Shown: positions 19,452 to 29,707 of the stretch, one piece after another
Position numbering within the stretch: position 1 is the first letter of the stretch
Layout: each line of letters starts with the position of its first letter
Assembly: GCA_023151275.1 (NCBI GenBank)
Contig: JAKLJI010000004.1
Coordinates: forward strand, 4,946 to 68,945
DNA from: Bacteroidia bacterium
GTDB lineage: Bacteria; Bacteroidota; Bacteroidia; UKL13-3
Direction of reading: 5' to 3'
DNA: 64,000 nt
Position numbers and translations under genes: made by a program
Notes under the pieces: model-generated
Database searches by the model: none
The model's input: the letters and a program-made list of their open reading frames with translations, nothing else
Told to the model about the DNA's origin: nothing

Positions 19452-20651
19452 ATGGTTGATGAGGCGGCAAGGCTAAAAGAGCTGGAGTTCTACGAAATTC
19501 TGGATTCCGGAGAAGAGGAAGGCTTTAATGAATTGGTTTCATTGGCATCAGCGATTTGTGGCACACCTATTTCGCTGGTTTCATTAATTGATGAACATCG
19601 GCAATGGTTTAAGGCCAGGATTGGTCTTGAAATTACGGAAACACCAAAAGAGTTGGCATTTTGCAAGCATGCCATTGAAGGAGAGGGCCTATTTGTTGTC
19701 CAAAATGCCCTTCAAGACGATAGGTTTAAAAATAATCCTTTAGTAACCGGAGATCCAAATATTCGCTTTTATGCAGGAATGCCTATAACAAGTCCGAACG
19801 GATACAACCTAGGCACTTTATGTGTTATCGACCGTATTCCTAGAGAACTGACAGACCAGCAAAGGTTTGCCTTGCAGGTGTTGGCCAATCAGGTTATGCG
19901 CCAGATTGAGAACAGGAAATACTTGAAAAAAATTGAGGAGCAAAATCTGGAATTAAATCGAATTAATAAACAAAAAGACAAACTTTTTGGCATTGTTGCC
20001 CACGATTTGAGAAGTCCGTTGATAGGGATTACCAGTTTGGTTGAGGCCTATGTTTCCGGAGATTTAACTGAGCAAGAGATTGAGCCTTATTTCAAAAAGT
20101 TGTTTCATAACCTGGAGCATTCGCTTGAAATGATGGACAATTTGTTGAATTGGACACGCACTCAACTTAAAACCGATCGCTTGAAGCCAGAACGAATTGT
20201 TTTTTCGGAATTGTTGTCCGGAATTATTCGTAACCTGGAAAAAGCCTTGGATAGGAAATGCATCCAATTGAAAGTGGATTGCCAGAATTCGACAGCAATT
20301 TTTGCAGATAAGAGCAGCGTGGAAATGATTTTCAGAAATTTGATTCACAATGCCATCAAGTTTTCTAATCGGAATTCAAGTATAGAAATCAACTGTCAAA
20401 CTTCCGATTCAGGTAAGTTTCTGGTGGTGGAGGTAATTGATTTTGGTATTGGAATGGACAAAGCCTTGGTTGATGAACTGTTCACTGAGACCGGACCAAA
20501 ATCTTCCTATGGAACTGAGGGTGAAAAAGGCACAGGATTGGGATTTATTCTCATTCGCGAATACCTCCACAAGAACCATGGGAAAATAGAAGTATTCAGT
20601 GAGCCGGGTAAAGGTACCCGATTTGTGGTTCAACTCCCCATTGTCGACTAG
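19452..20651 (+). CDS. GAF-domain sensor histidine kinase
   Basis: N-terminal GAF domain. H-box IVAHDLRSPL. HATPase_c G-boxes GTGLGFILIRE. Confidence 0.8.
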   Translation: MVDEAARLKELEFYEILDSGEEEGFNELVSLASAICGTPISLVSLIDEHRQWFKARIGLEITETPKELAFCKHAIEGEGLFVVQNALQDDRFKNNPLVTGDPNIRFYAGMPITSPNGYNLGTLCVIDRIPRELTDQQRFALQVLANQVMRQIENRKYLKKIEEQNLELNRINKQKDKLFGIVAHDLRSPLIGITSLVEAYVSGDLTEQEIEPYFKKLFHNLEHSLEMMDNLLNWTRTQLKTDRLKPERIVFSELLSGIIRNLEKALDRKCIQLKVDCQNSTAIFADKSSVEMIFRNLIHNAIKFSNRNSSIEINCQTSDSGKFLVVEVIDFGIGMDKALVDELFTETGPKSSYGTEGEKGTGLGFILIREYLHKNHGKIEVFSEPGKGTRFVVQLPIVD

Positions 20652-20733
20652 GTGCTGTAATTCAAATTTTTGGCCCCTTTTCTCGCTCAAACCCACTATT
20701 TTTGCAGACTTTTAAAATCTGTAAAAACTGGTT

Positions 20734-23700
20734 ATGAGTAAGTATAAAGAGTACAAAAAGCTTGATTTCCCTGCCTTTGAGGAAGAAGTATTAAAAAATT
20801 GGCAGGACAATCAGGTTTTTGAGAAGAGTGTTTCGCTGCGTGAAGGCCAACGATCTTTTGTATTTTACGAAGGGCCACCTTCTGCTAATGGAATGCCGGG
20901 CATTCATCACGTTATGAGTAGGGCGGTTAAGGATATGTTCTGCCGCTACAATACCCTAAAAGGATTTCAAGTAAAGCGCAAAGCAGGTTGGGATACCCAT
21001 GGTTTGCCTGTTGAGATTCAGGTAGAGAAAACCCTTGGCATTACTAAAGAAGATATTGGAAAGAAAATTTCGGTTGCGGAATACAACGAAGCTTGCCGTA
21101 AGGATGTAATGAAATTCACGGACGTTTGGAATAACCTGACCCAGCGCATGGGTTATTGGGTGAATCTGAATGATCCTTATGTTACTTACGACAACAATTA
21201 CATTGAAACCCTTTGGAATTTACTTTCTCGTTTGTTTGAGAAAGGATTGCTTTACAAAGGCTATACCATTCAACCTTATTCACCGGCAGCAGGTACCGGA
21301 TTAAGTTCACATGAACTCAATCAACCCGGAACCTATAAGGATGTAAAGGACAGTACAGCTGTTGCCATGTTTTTGTTGAATGATGCTTCTGCATTAAAGC
21401 CCGAAACAGAGCGAGTTTACATGTTGGCTTGGACAACCACACCTTGGACATTGCCTTCCAATACAGCATTGGCAGTTGGAGCAAATATTACCTATTGCTT
21501 AATCAAAACCATTCATCCACATACCCACGAGTTGGTGAGTGTGGTAATGGCCAAAGATTTGGTAGGAAAATACTTCAAACCTGAGCAGGCGGAACTCGAT
21601 TTTGCAGCCTACCAAGCTGGAGATAAATTGTTGCCTTACCACATCAGTGATGAGTTTAAAGGTGAAGAATTAAAAGGATTAAGCTACCAGCAATTGCTTC
21701 CGTTTGCACAAGTTGAAAATGGCGATGCGTTTCGTGTAATAACCGGTGATTTTGTTACAACTGAAGATGGTACTGGTATTGTACATATTGCGCCTAGTTT
21801 TGGTGCCGACGACTTTAGAGTTGCCAAGCAAAACGGAATTGGCTCGCTAACTTTGGTTGATAAACGTGGTCGTTTCTTGGATTGCGTGCAGGATGGCGTT
21901 TTCTTGTATGGTGAAGAATATGTAAAAGAAGCTTACCTTACAGAAGATGAAAAGCAGAAGGATTTAGCTATTCAAAAAGAGAAATTGAGCTCAGTAATCA
22001 AAGACACTTCCAAGCTGAATTACCTGAGTGTGGATGAGCGTATAATTCTTAAGCTGCAAACCGAAGGCAAACTTTTTAAAAAGGAAAAATACGACCATAC
22101 GTATCCGCATTGCTGGAGAACAGATAAACCCATTCTTTACTATCCACTTGAAAGTTGGTTTATCAAAACCACAGCAGTAAAAGAAAGAATGGTTGAATTG
22201 AATAAATCAATCAACTGGAAACCTGAGCACACTGGAACTGGCAGATTTGGCAATTGGCTTGAAAATCTGGTAGATTGGAACCTTTCTCGCTCCAGGTATT
22301 GGGGAACGCCGCTGCCTGTTTGGAGAACAGCAGACGGTTCTGAAACCCGTTGCATTGGAAGTGTAAACGAATTGCAGGAATGCATTGAAGCCGGAAAAAA
22401 AGCAGGGTTTATGCCTGAATCTTTTGAATTGAAAGACCTGCACAAACCTTTTGTGGATGAGGTAATTTTTCCTTCATCAAAAGGCGAAAAAATGTTCAGA
22501 GAGCCTGATTTGATTGACGTTTGGTTTGACTCAGGGGCCATGCCTTATGCGCAATGGCATTATCCGTTTGAGAACAAGGAAATATTTGAGGGAAATTTCC
22601 CGGCAGATTTTATCGCCGAAGGTGTTGACCAAACACGTGGATGGTTCTTTACCCTGCATGCACTATCTGTGATGTTATTTGACCAGATTTCTTACAAGAA
22701 TGTAATTGCTAACGGACTGGTACTCGACAAGAACGGTCAGAAAATGAGTAAGCGCTTGGGGAATGTGGTGGATCCATTTGCAACCATTGCCAAGTATGGC
22801 GCTGATGCTACCCGCTGGTACATGATTTCGAACAGCGATCCTTGGGACAACCTGAAATTTGATATCGAAGGCGTTGCCGAATCGCAGCGTAAGTTCTTTG
22901 GAACCCTTTACAATACTTACGGATTCTTTGCCATATATGCCAATATTGATGGATTTGAATTCAATCCGGATAAAACCACACCGTTGGCGCAGCGCACAGA
23001 ACTCGACCGTTGGATTTATTCCAAACTGCAAAGCTTAGTAAAGACAGTTCGCCAGCACATGGACGATTACGATCCAACACCTGCTGCACGCGCCATTGAG
23101 GAGTTTGTATGTGACCATTTATCGAACTGGCATGTACGTTTAAGTCGTCGTCGTTTCTGGAAAGGTGAAATGAATGAGGACAAACAAGCAGCTTACGAAA
23201 CCCTGTACGAATGTTTGTTGGTGGTTTCCCAGTTGATGAGTCCAATTGCGCCATTTTTCTCCGATTGGTTGTACAAAAACCTGAATGGGAAAATGGAATC
23301 GGTTCATTTAACGGATTTGCCAGAAGTTATTGAAGCTGCCATTGATACCGAATTGGAGGAGCAAATGGATTATGCCCAGCGCATTTCTTCCATGGTTCTT
23401 TCTATCCGGAAAAAGGAAAATATCAAGGTCCGTCAACCCTTGCAAAAAATCCTTATTCCTTTAATTGATCAGCGGATTAAGGATGAAATTGTACATGTTC
23501 AAAACCTAATTCTTGCCGAGGTGAACGTAAAACAACTTGAATTTATTGATGCCATTGATAAATCAATCAAACCTAATTTTAAAGTATTGGGTAAAAAGTT
23601 GGGCGGTAAAATGAAAGCCGGAGCGGCCTTAATTCAAGCCATGACTCAGGATCAAATTGTTGAACTGGAATCCAAGGGACAATTGGAACTTCAGATTGAG

Positions 23701-24078
23701 GATGAAGTTTTTGTTATCGAATTGGGTGATGTTGAAATTTTATCGAAGGAAATTCCGGGATATAAGGTAGCCAATGAGGGCAGATTAACTGTGGCTTTAG
23801 ACATTTCTTTGAGCGAAGAATTGCGTCAGGAGGGCATTGCACGCGAGTTCATTAGTAAGCTTCAGGCCTTGCGGAAAGATTCCAATTTGGAGGTTACAGA
23901 TAAAATCCACATCCTGGTGGGAGAACATGAATATTTAAAAAGTTCTATAAATCAGTTCAAAACATATATTTGCACCGAATTATTGGCAGCCTCTTTGGAG
24001 TTTGCAAGCGGCAAAACCCTTGAAAATACTATTGATGTAGACGATAATTCAATTCAGGTTACTATCCAAAAAGCATAA
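20734..24078 (+). CDS. ileS: isoleucine--tRNA ligase
   Basis: 1114 aa. HIGH-type motif (PSANGMPGIHH) and KMSKS (KMSKRLGN). Confidence 0.95.
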   Translation: MSKYKEYKKLDFPAFEEEVLKNWQDNQVFEKSVSLREGQRSFVFYEGPPSANGMPGIHHVMSRAVKDMFCRYNTLKGFQVKRKAGWDTHGLPVEIQVEKTLGITKEDIGKKISVAEYNEACRKDVMKFTDVWNNLTQRMGYWVNLNDPYVTYDNNYIETLWNLLSRLFEKGLLYKGYTIQPYSPAAGTGLSSHELNQPGTYKDVKDSTAVAMFLLNDASALKPETERVYMLAWTTTPWTLPSNTALAVGANITYCLIKTIHPHTHELVSVVMAKDLVGKYFKPEQAELDFAAYQAGDKLLPYHISDEFKGEELKGLSYQQLLPFAQVENGDAFRVITGDFVTTEDGTGIVHIAPSFGADDFRVAKQNGIGSLTLVDKRGRFLDCVQDGVFLYGEEYVKEAYLTEDEKQKDLAIQKEKLSSVIKDTSKLNYLSVDERIILKLQTEGKLFKKEKYDHTYPHCWRTDKPILYYPLESWFIKTTAVKERMVELNKSINWKPEHTGTGRFGNWLENLVDWNLSRSRYWGTPLPVWRTADGSETRCIGSVNELQECIEAGKKAGFMPESFELKDLHKPFVDEVIFPSSKGEKMFREPDLIDVWFDSGAMPYAQWHYPFENKEIFEGNFPADFIAEGVDQTRGWFFTLHALSVMLFDQISYKNVIANGLVLDKNGQKMSKRLGNVVDPFATIAKYGADATRWYMISNSDPWDNLKFDIEGVAESQRKFFGTLYNTYGFFAIYANIDGFEFNPDKTTPLAQRTELDRWIYSKLQSLVKTVRQHMDDYDPTPAARAIEEFVCDHLSNWHVRLSRRRFWKGEMNEDKQAAYETLYECLLVVSQLMSPIAPFFSDWLYKNLNGKMESVHLTDLPEVIEAAIDTELEEQMDYAQRISSMVLSIRKKENIKVRQPLQKILIPLIDQRIKDEIVHVQNLILAEVNVKQLEFIDAIDKSIKPNFKVLGKKLGGKMKAGAALIQAMTQDQIVELESKGQLELQIEDEVFVIELGDVEILSKEIPGYKVANEGRLTVALDISLSEELRQEGIAREFISKLQALRKDSNLEVTDKIHILVGEHEYLKSSINQFKTYICTELLAASLEFASGKTLENTIDVDDNSIQVTIQKA

Positions 24079-24084
24079 TTGTTT

Positions 24085-25155
24085 ATGGCTAAAAACACAA
24101 AAAAAGCACCTGCCAAAAAGGCGGTGAAAAAGCCGGCAGCAAAAACACCTGCCAAAAAGCAAAAAGCTGCAATAAAGAAAACAGCTGCTAAAGCGCCTGC
24201 AAAAAAGGCTGTGAAAAAGGCTGCTGTGAAGAAAGCTGCTCCTAAAAAGGCTGCTATCAAAAAGGCAGTTGCTAAGAAAGCTGTGAAGCCTGCAGTGAAG
24301 AAACAAGCAGTTAAGAAGCAGGTAAAAGCAAAACCAGCTTCAAAGCCTGTTGCTAAGAAGGCAACCAAGCCGGCCGCAAAACCTGTTGCTAAAAAAGCAT
24401 CGGCAAAAAAAGCGGCTAAGGCAGTAAAGCCTGTTGCTAAGAAAGTTACAAAGACAGTTCAAAAATCTGCTCCCGTAAAATCAAGCAAGACTGCGGTAAA
24501 ATCGGCCGCAAAGAAGCTTACTAAGCCAACTGCAAAACCTGTTGCTAATAAAGCATCGGCAAAAAAGACTGCTCCTAAACCAGTATTAAAGCCAGTTGCA
24601 GAAAAAGCGGTAAAGGCCACCAAAAAGGTTCCTACAAAAGCGGTTAAGTCAGCTAAGCCATCCAAACCCGCCAAAACGGAAACCAAAGTGGTGAAGCCTT
24701 CAGCTCCGAAAAAGGAATTGCAACCAGTGGTTAGCAAAGAGCCTCATTTTGAAGAAGAAAAGCAAGAAATACTTCCCATTGAAGCAAAGCGCTACAGCGA
24801 TGTAGAATTGGAAGAGTTTCGTGAAATCATCAACAGAAAATTGAAAGTAGCTCGTGAAGAGTTGACCAACCTAATGGATCAAATGCAGAACCCGGGTTTA
24901 AACGGTGGTGCAGATACCGACAATTCCTACAATAAAATTGATGATGGATCATCTACTTCTGAAAAGGAATATTTGAGCCAATTGGCTGCTCGTCAGCGCA
25001 AGTTCATCGAGAATTTGGAAAATGCACTTATCCGTATCGAGAACAAAACCTACGGAATTTGTAAAGTTACCGGGAAGTTGATTTCCAAAGAGCGCCTGAG
25101 GGCGGTTCCACATACCACGTTGAGTATGGAAGCCAAACTTCAGCAATACAAGTAA
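24085..25155 (+). CDS. DksA/TraR-family C-terminal domain fused to an about 200-aa Lys/Ala-rich histone-H1-like N-terminal repeat region
   Basis: The track start is TTG 24079; the first ATG is 24085. The N-terminus carries (KKAxKKAAxK)n repeats. The C-terminus contains a coiled coil plus ...YGICKVTGKLISKERLRAVPHTTL, which resembles a degenerate DksA/TraR zinc-finger region. The conserved ileS-dksA-lspA gene order supports the call. Confidence 0.6.
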   Translation: MAKNTKKAPAKKAVKKPAAKTPAKKQKAAIKKTAAKAPAKKAVKKAAVKKAAPKKAAIKKAVAKKAVKPAVKKQAVKKQVKAKPASKPVAKKATKPAAKPVAKKASAKKAAKAVKPVAKKVTKTVQKSAPVKSSKTAVKSAAKKLTKPTAKPVANKASAKKTAPKPVLKPVAEKAVKATKKVPTKAVKSAKPSKPAKTETKVVKPSAPKKELQPVVSKEPHFEEEKQEILPIEAKRYSDVELEEFREIINRKLKVAREELTNLMDQMQNPGLNGGADTDNSYNKIDDGSSTSEKEYLSQLAARQRKFIENLENALIRIENKTYGICKVTGKLISKERLRAVPHTTLSMEAKLQQYK

Positions 25156-25171
25156 GAATTTACATCTTTGA

Positions 25172-25198
25172 AAGGGGCCTTAGGCCCCTTTTTTTTGC
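25172..25198 (+). terminator. rho-independent terminator after the dksA-like gene
   Basis: ggggcc-tta-ggcccc followed by T8. Confidence 0.7.
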
Positions 25199-25232
25199 CT
25201 ATTTCAGTCTGCATTAAATATATTGCCGCTTC

Positions 25233-26078
25233 ATGGCATCAAAATCCCTTGCCGAACGGCTAACTGCGCATCAATATCCTAGCTGGTACTTTTCTCAGCC
25301 TTGGGTGCTTAAGGTGGTTTATGCCTGGTTTGCCTTGATTTACCAGCGAGTTGGGTTGAGTTTCAAAGGAATTCACACAATCCTCCGCAAATTGCCAGCC
25401 GGGGCAACTGTATTGGATGCCGGATTTGGTGAAGGACAATTTTTGTATGGCAATGCCCGTCGAAATCCCCACTTACATTTCGTTGGCTTGGACTTCAATT
25501 CAAATACTCTTGAATTAGGCCGATTTTTGATTCAACACAAGGGCCTAAAGAATGTAAAATTGAGTCAGGCCGATTTGTCCAAACCTTGGCCTGTGTCCTC
25601 AAATTCATTGGATGCTATTTGGTGCATTGGTGTTTTGCACTGTATCCCCAATGATACAGAAGTGTTGAAAAATGCGTCAAATTGCCTCAAACCAAATGCT
25701 CCGCTGCTAATCTACTCCCCACTTCAATCGCGGTTGGTGCTTGGTCCCTACAAATATGTAATCCGGAAATACCCGGGTTACGACCGTTTGTATAGGTCCC
25801 ATGATTATTCAATGGAAGAATTGGTTGAAAAGGCAAAACAAGCTGGACTTCAATTACAGGCTGCCCGCTTTACACATGGCCTGCCCGGGATTATAAGTTA
25901 TGAACTTTTTACCTTATTGGTTACCCTAATTACCCATGGTCATTTCCCGTTAAAGGTGCTTTCAGCCCTATTCTTTTTACCTTGCCTTCCACTTGTGTTA
26001 ATTCTTCGTTGGATTGATCAGCTTTTTCCGCCCCAAAAGCAGGGCAACGGATTATTGATTGAGTTTTTGAAAGCATAA
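25233..26078 (+). CDS. class I SAM-dependent methyltransferase with a C-terminal membrane segment
   Basis: Motif I VLDAGFGEGQF, and a hydrophobic C-terminal tail. Confidence 0.6.
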   Translation: MASKSLAERLTAHQYPSWYFSQPWVLKVVYAWFALIYQRVGLSFKGIHTILRKLPAGATVLDAGFGEGQFLYGNARRNPHLHFVGLDFNSNTLELGRFLIQHKGLKNVKLSQADLSKPWPVSSNSLDAIWCIGVLHCIPNDTEVLKNASNCLKPNAPLLIYSPLQSRLVLGPYKYVIRKYPGYDRLYRSHDYSMEELVEKAKQAGLQLQAARFTHGLPGIISYELFTLLVTLITHGHFPLKVLSALFFLPCLPLVLILRWIDQLFPPQKQGNGLLIEFLKA

Positions 26079-26122
26079 GGGCTACTGTGTTTTTCATGCT
26101 GCTTTCTTTAGATTTGCCCTGA

Positions 26123-26743
26123 ATGAAAAATCTTCGTCTGTTGGCTTTTTTGCTGTTAGCGGTAATTCTGGTTGTTGACCAGATTGTGAAATTGTATGTA
26201 AAAACTCACTTTGTACTTGGTGAGGAGATTCATGTTTTGGGTAACTGGTTTCGAATCCATTTTACTGAAAACTATGGAATGGCTTTTGGGATTGAATTTG
26301 GCGGCAAAACCGGAAAAATATTTTTGACACTATTCCGTATACTGTTTGTTGCCGGTATCCTTTGGTACATTAATAATCTTATTGAAACCAAGGCTGGCAA
26401 GGCTTATGTGTTTTCATGGACCATGATTGCCGCCGGTGCTTTGGGTAATATTATTGATTCTGTTTTCTATGGCGTGTATTTTGGATACGATTCCTGGTTT
26501 CATGGAAGGGTAGTGGATATGTTTTATTTTCCCTTGATTCAAACCCGAATTCCTGAATGGTTCCCGTTTTGGGCTGGTGAGGATTTTGAATTTTTTCGCC
26601 CGGTTTTCAACCTGGCAGATGCCGCAATTTCCATTGGTTTTGTATTGATTTTGTTAACTCAAAATCAAGCCAATCCAGCTCAGCCAGCAACCACTGCCGG
26701 CGAATTGGGTTCCGAAAGTGAAGCTGAAATCAAACCTGAATAG
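26123..26743 (+). CDS. lspA: lipoprotein signal peptidase II
   Basis: Four TM helices. Conserved NYGMAFGI and FNLADAAISIG boxes. Confidence 0.85.
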   Translation: MKNLRLLAFLLLAVILVVDQIVKLYVKTHFVLGEEIHVLGNWFRIHFTENYGMAFGIEFGGKTGKIFLTLFRILFVAGILWYINNLIETKAGKAYVFSWTMIAAGALGNIIDSVFYGVYFGYDSWFHGRVVDMFYFPLIQTRIPEWFPFWAGEDFEFFRPVFNLADAAISIGFVLILLTQNQANPAQPATTAGELGSESEAEIKPE

Positions 26744-26835
26744 GCATTTTGTCAGACGAAAATTCTGGCATAGCTATTGAATTCCATGACCGGCATTCGT
26801 ATTCTGCGAAAGCCTTATATATTTGACTAAATACC

Positions 26836-27525
26836 ATGAGCATGAATTTTGGAAAAGAATTTCGCAACTATGCGATTAAACACAAAGGTTTTTCCAGCCT
26901 GAAAGTGGATGCGTATATCGAAAGTACCGCTGAAAACATGACCCGCACCGTAATTGAGGAGCGCCCCATGAATTTCCGGGAAATTGATGTGTTCTCGCGT
27001 TTGATGGCCGACAGGATTATTTTCCTGGGCATGCCTATTGATGATTATGTTGCCAATATCATTCAGGCGCAATTGCTGTTTTTAGATTCAATGGACGCCC
27101 GCCGTGATATCCAAATGTATATCAATAGTCCGGGTGGTTCTGTTTACGCAGGATTGGGAATTTATGATACCATGCAATGGGTAAACCCTAGCGTGGCAAC
27201 CATTTGTACAGGTTTGGCCGCATCTATGGCCGCCGTTTTGTTGTGTGCCGGAGAAAAAGGCAAGCGTTCTGCTCTTCCACATGCCCGCGTTATGATTCAC
27301 CAACCTTTGGGTGGCGCACAAGGACAGGCTTCTGATATTGAAATTACAGCTCGCGAAATCCAAAAGCTGAAAAAAGAATTGTATGATATCATTGCCTCCC
27401 ATAGTGGACAACCTTTTGAAAAAGTTGAGGCCGATAGCGACCGCGATTATTGGATGATAGCCAGTGAAGCCAAAGAATACGGCATGATTGATGATGTATT
27501 GCTGAAAACAAAAACCGAGAAGTAA
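26836..27525 (+). CDS. clpP: ATP-dependent Clp protease proteolytic subunit
   Basis: The catalytic Ser lies in GLAASMAA, the catalytic His in MIHQPLGG, plus the Asp. There is an N-terminal extension. Confidence 0.9.
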   Translation: MSMNFGKEFRNYAIKHKGFSSLKVDAYIESTAENMTRTVIEERPMNFREIDVFSRLMADRIIFLGMPIDDYVANIIQAQLLFLDSMDARRDIQMYINSPGGSVYAGLGIYDTMQWVNPSVATICTGLAASMAAVLLCAGEKGKRSALPHARVMIHQPLGGAQGQASDIEITAREIQKLKKELYDIIASHSGQPFEKVEADSDRDYWMIASEAKEYGMIDDVLLKTKTEK

Positions 27526-27625
27526 TTCGGTTTGCAAATTTCAGCACAAACTGAATCACCATCCGGTTAACCCATTTTTTCGGTTATTGGCCGAAGGTGT
27601 ACATCCCTTTTTTCAGCTTTTGTTT

Positions 27626-27667
27626 GAAAGCGCGGTCTGAAAAGGCCGCGCTTTCTGCATTTTTGTT
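27626..27667 (+). terminator. rho-independent terminator after clpP
   Basis: gaaagcgcgg-(loop)-ccgcgctttc followed by tgcatttttgtt. Confidence 0.6.
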
Positions 27668-27938
27668 GCCGCTTTTTCATCAGCAAGTGCGACATTGATT
27701 TTTACTTTTTTTTCGGTTTTGTGCAGAAAATCAAAAACTGTATTCTTTTTAGTACTTATTGATGTTTTCCACAAGGTTTTGTTGAAACAGCTTGTTTTCT
27801 TCAAGTTGCAAGAATTGCCAGTAATTTGGTTGATTTTTCGGGTTGAGATGAGGTGTAGTCCTTGACTGGCTTGAGCTGACGAATTTTGAAAGCTATTGAA
27901 TGAATTTGCTATGAGAAATTTGCATCAAACCAAGTCGT

Positions 27939-28421
27939 ATGAATTCAAGCCATTACTCAAGTCGAATTTTGTTGCTCCTCTTAGGAGCTAACCTCCTTTT
28001 TTCAGCCTGTAAAAAAGGAGCTGGTATTGATGCTGATTCCAGTTCCACGAAATGCATTCCAACTCTGCTACCCAATCAGTTCCGGAGTATTTTTCTTTCC
28101 GACCCCATACCCAATTCCACCGAGGAGCAGGCGCTTGCGGTTTTCCATTTTTCGCAATCCATGAAAACCTATTCAAATACCCCTTGCAAAGCATTGCCCA
28201 ATGAATGTAGCACCCAACTCAGGGTTCAGAATGTGAGTGGAAAGAAAATGCGTCTTGCCTATTCCATCTCCTATTCGCAAGGGAACAACAATTGGCAGTC
28301 GGATGGTTTTGTTGAACTCCTTCCCGATAGTTCAAGCCAAGTTGGTCAAATTACCAGCAACTGCGGATGGATTACCGCTGAAGGTCTGCGGGTTGTAAAA
28401 AGAAGCCTAAGTCTGGATTAG
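27939..28421 (+). CDS. hypothetical lipoprotein inserted between clpP and clpX
   Basis: Lipobox LLFSAC after a hydrophobic signal. No recognised domain. Confidence 0.4.
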   Translation: MNSSHYSSRILLLLLGANLLFSACKKGAGIDADSSSTKCIPTLLPNQFRSIFLSDPIPNSTEEQALAVFHFSQSMKTYSNTPCKALPNECSTQLRVQNVSGKKMRLAYSISYSQGNNNWQSDGFVELLPDSSSQVGQITSNCGWITAEGLRVVKRSLSLD

Positions 28422-28456
28422 GCAGAATCAAACCCGTAAGGTATCTTTGGCGCGTT

Positions 28457-29707
28457 ATGGCGAAAAGAAAAGAAGATCATTGCTCATTCTGCGGCCGTGG
28501 CAGAGCTGAAACAGCTATGTTAATTGCCGGTATAGATGGATTAATTTGTGACGAGTGTATCATTCAGGCTCACCGTATTGTGAATGAAGAAGCCGAAGTA
28601 ACAAGCTCAACTCCTTCAAAAGGATATAAGTCTTCACGCAAGCTTCTAAAACCAGCCGAAATCAAAGCGCACCTCGACCAATACGTTATTGGGCAGGATG
28701 AAGCTAAAAAAGTATTGAGCGTTGCCGTTTACAACCATTTTAAGCGCATCAATTCAGGCTCAAAAGCGGGTGATGACCTCGAAATTGAAAAGTCGAATAT
28801 CCTTTTAGCGGGTGAAACCGGAACCGGAAAAACCTTGCTGGCTAAAACCCTCGCAAAAATTCTGGATGTGCCTTTCTGCATTGCCGATGCAACTGTGCTT
28901 ACAGAAGCAGGTTACGTTGGCGAGGATGTTGAGAATATATTAGTTCGCCTTCTTCAGGCCGCCAATTACAACCTCGAAGCAGCTGAAAAGGGAATCATCT
29001 ACATTGATGAAATCGACAAAATTGCGCGCAAAAAAGACAATCCTTCCATCACACGTGATGTGAGTGGGGAAGGTGTGCAACAGGCTTTGCTTAAGATTTT
29101 AGAAGGTACGGTTGCCAATGTTCCTCCACAAGGCGGCAGAAAGCATCCCGAACAAAAAATGATTCAGGTAAATACCCAGAATATTCTGTTTATCTGCGGT
29201 GGTGCTTTTGATGGCCTGGATAAAATCATTGCTCGTCGTTTACAAACTCAGGCAATCGGCTTCAAATCGCAAGATTCAGAGGAGCTCGATAGCTCAGAAA
29301 ATCTCCTGCAATACGTTTCTCAAGCCGATATCAAAACCTTCGGTCTAATTCCCGAAATCATTGGTCGTTTGCCTGTGCTTTGTCACTTGAATCCACTCGA
29401 TAAATCAACCTTGCATAATATTCTTACTCAGCCCAAAAATGCTTTAATCAAACAATACAAATACTTGTTTACGCTTGAAGGCATAGAGCTGGATATTAAA
29501 GATGAGGTAATTGATTTGATTGTTGATACGGCTTTTGATTTGAAACTGGGAGCTCGTGGTTTGCGTAGCATTTGCGAAGCCTTAATGCTGGATTACATGT
29601 ACGAAGTGCCCGGAATGGATAAGAAGATGGATAAGCTTGTAATTGATGCCGAAACTGCAGCCGAGAAAATCAAAATAATCCGCTTCAAGCACCAAAAAGC
29701 ATCCTAG
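28457..29707 (+). CDS. clpX: ATP-dependent Clp protease ATP-binding subunit ClpX
   Basis: N-terminal C4 zinc finger (CSFCGR...CDECI). Walker [12 protein letters not shown]. Confidence 0.95.
   Translation: MAKRKEDHCSFCGRGRAETAMLIAGIDGLICDECIIQAHRIVNEEAEVTSSTPSKGYKSSRKLLKPAEIKAHLDQYVIGQDEAKKVLSVAVYNHFKRINSGSKAGDDLEIEKSNILLAGETGTGKTLLAKTLAKILDVPFCIADATVLTEAGYVGEDVENILVRLLQAANYNLEAAEKGIIYIDEIDKIARKKDNPSITRDVSGEGVQQALLKILEGTVANVPPQGGRKHPEQKMIQVNTQNILFICGGAFDGLDKIIARRLQTQAIGFKSQDSEELDSSENLLQYVSQADIKTFGLIPEIIGRLPVLCHLNPLDKSTLHNILTQPKNALIKQYKYLFTLEGIELDIKDEVIDLIVDTAFDLKLGARGLRSICEALMLDYMYEVPGMDKKMDKLVIDAETAAEKIKIIRFKHQKAS

Noticed and set aside
24049-24737. Long antisense ORFs (104, 85 and 92 aa) opposite the dksA-like gene
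   Set aside because: They are artefacts of the Lys/Ala repeat; the reverse complement of a GC-rich repeat lacks stop codons. The sense strand has a coherent DksA-like C-terminus.
27613-27804. 63-aa minus-strand ORF in the clpP-clpX spacer
   Set aside because: It overlaps the clpP terminator hairpin. It has no ribosome-binding context, and its composition is atypical.
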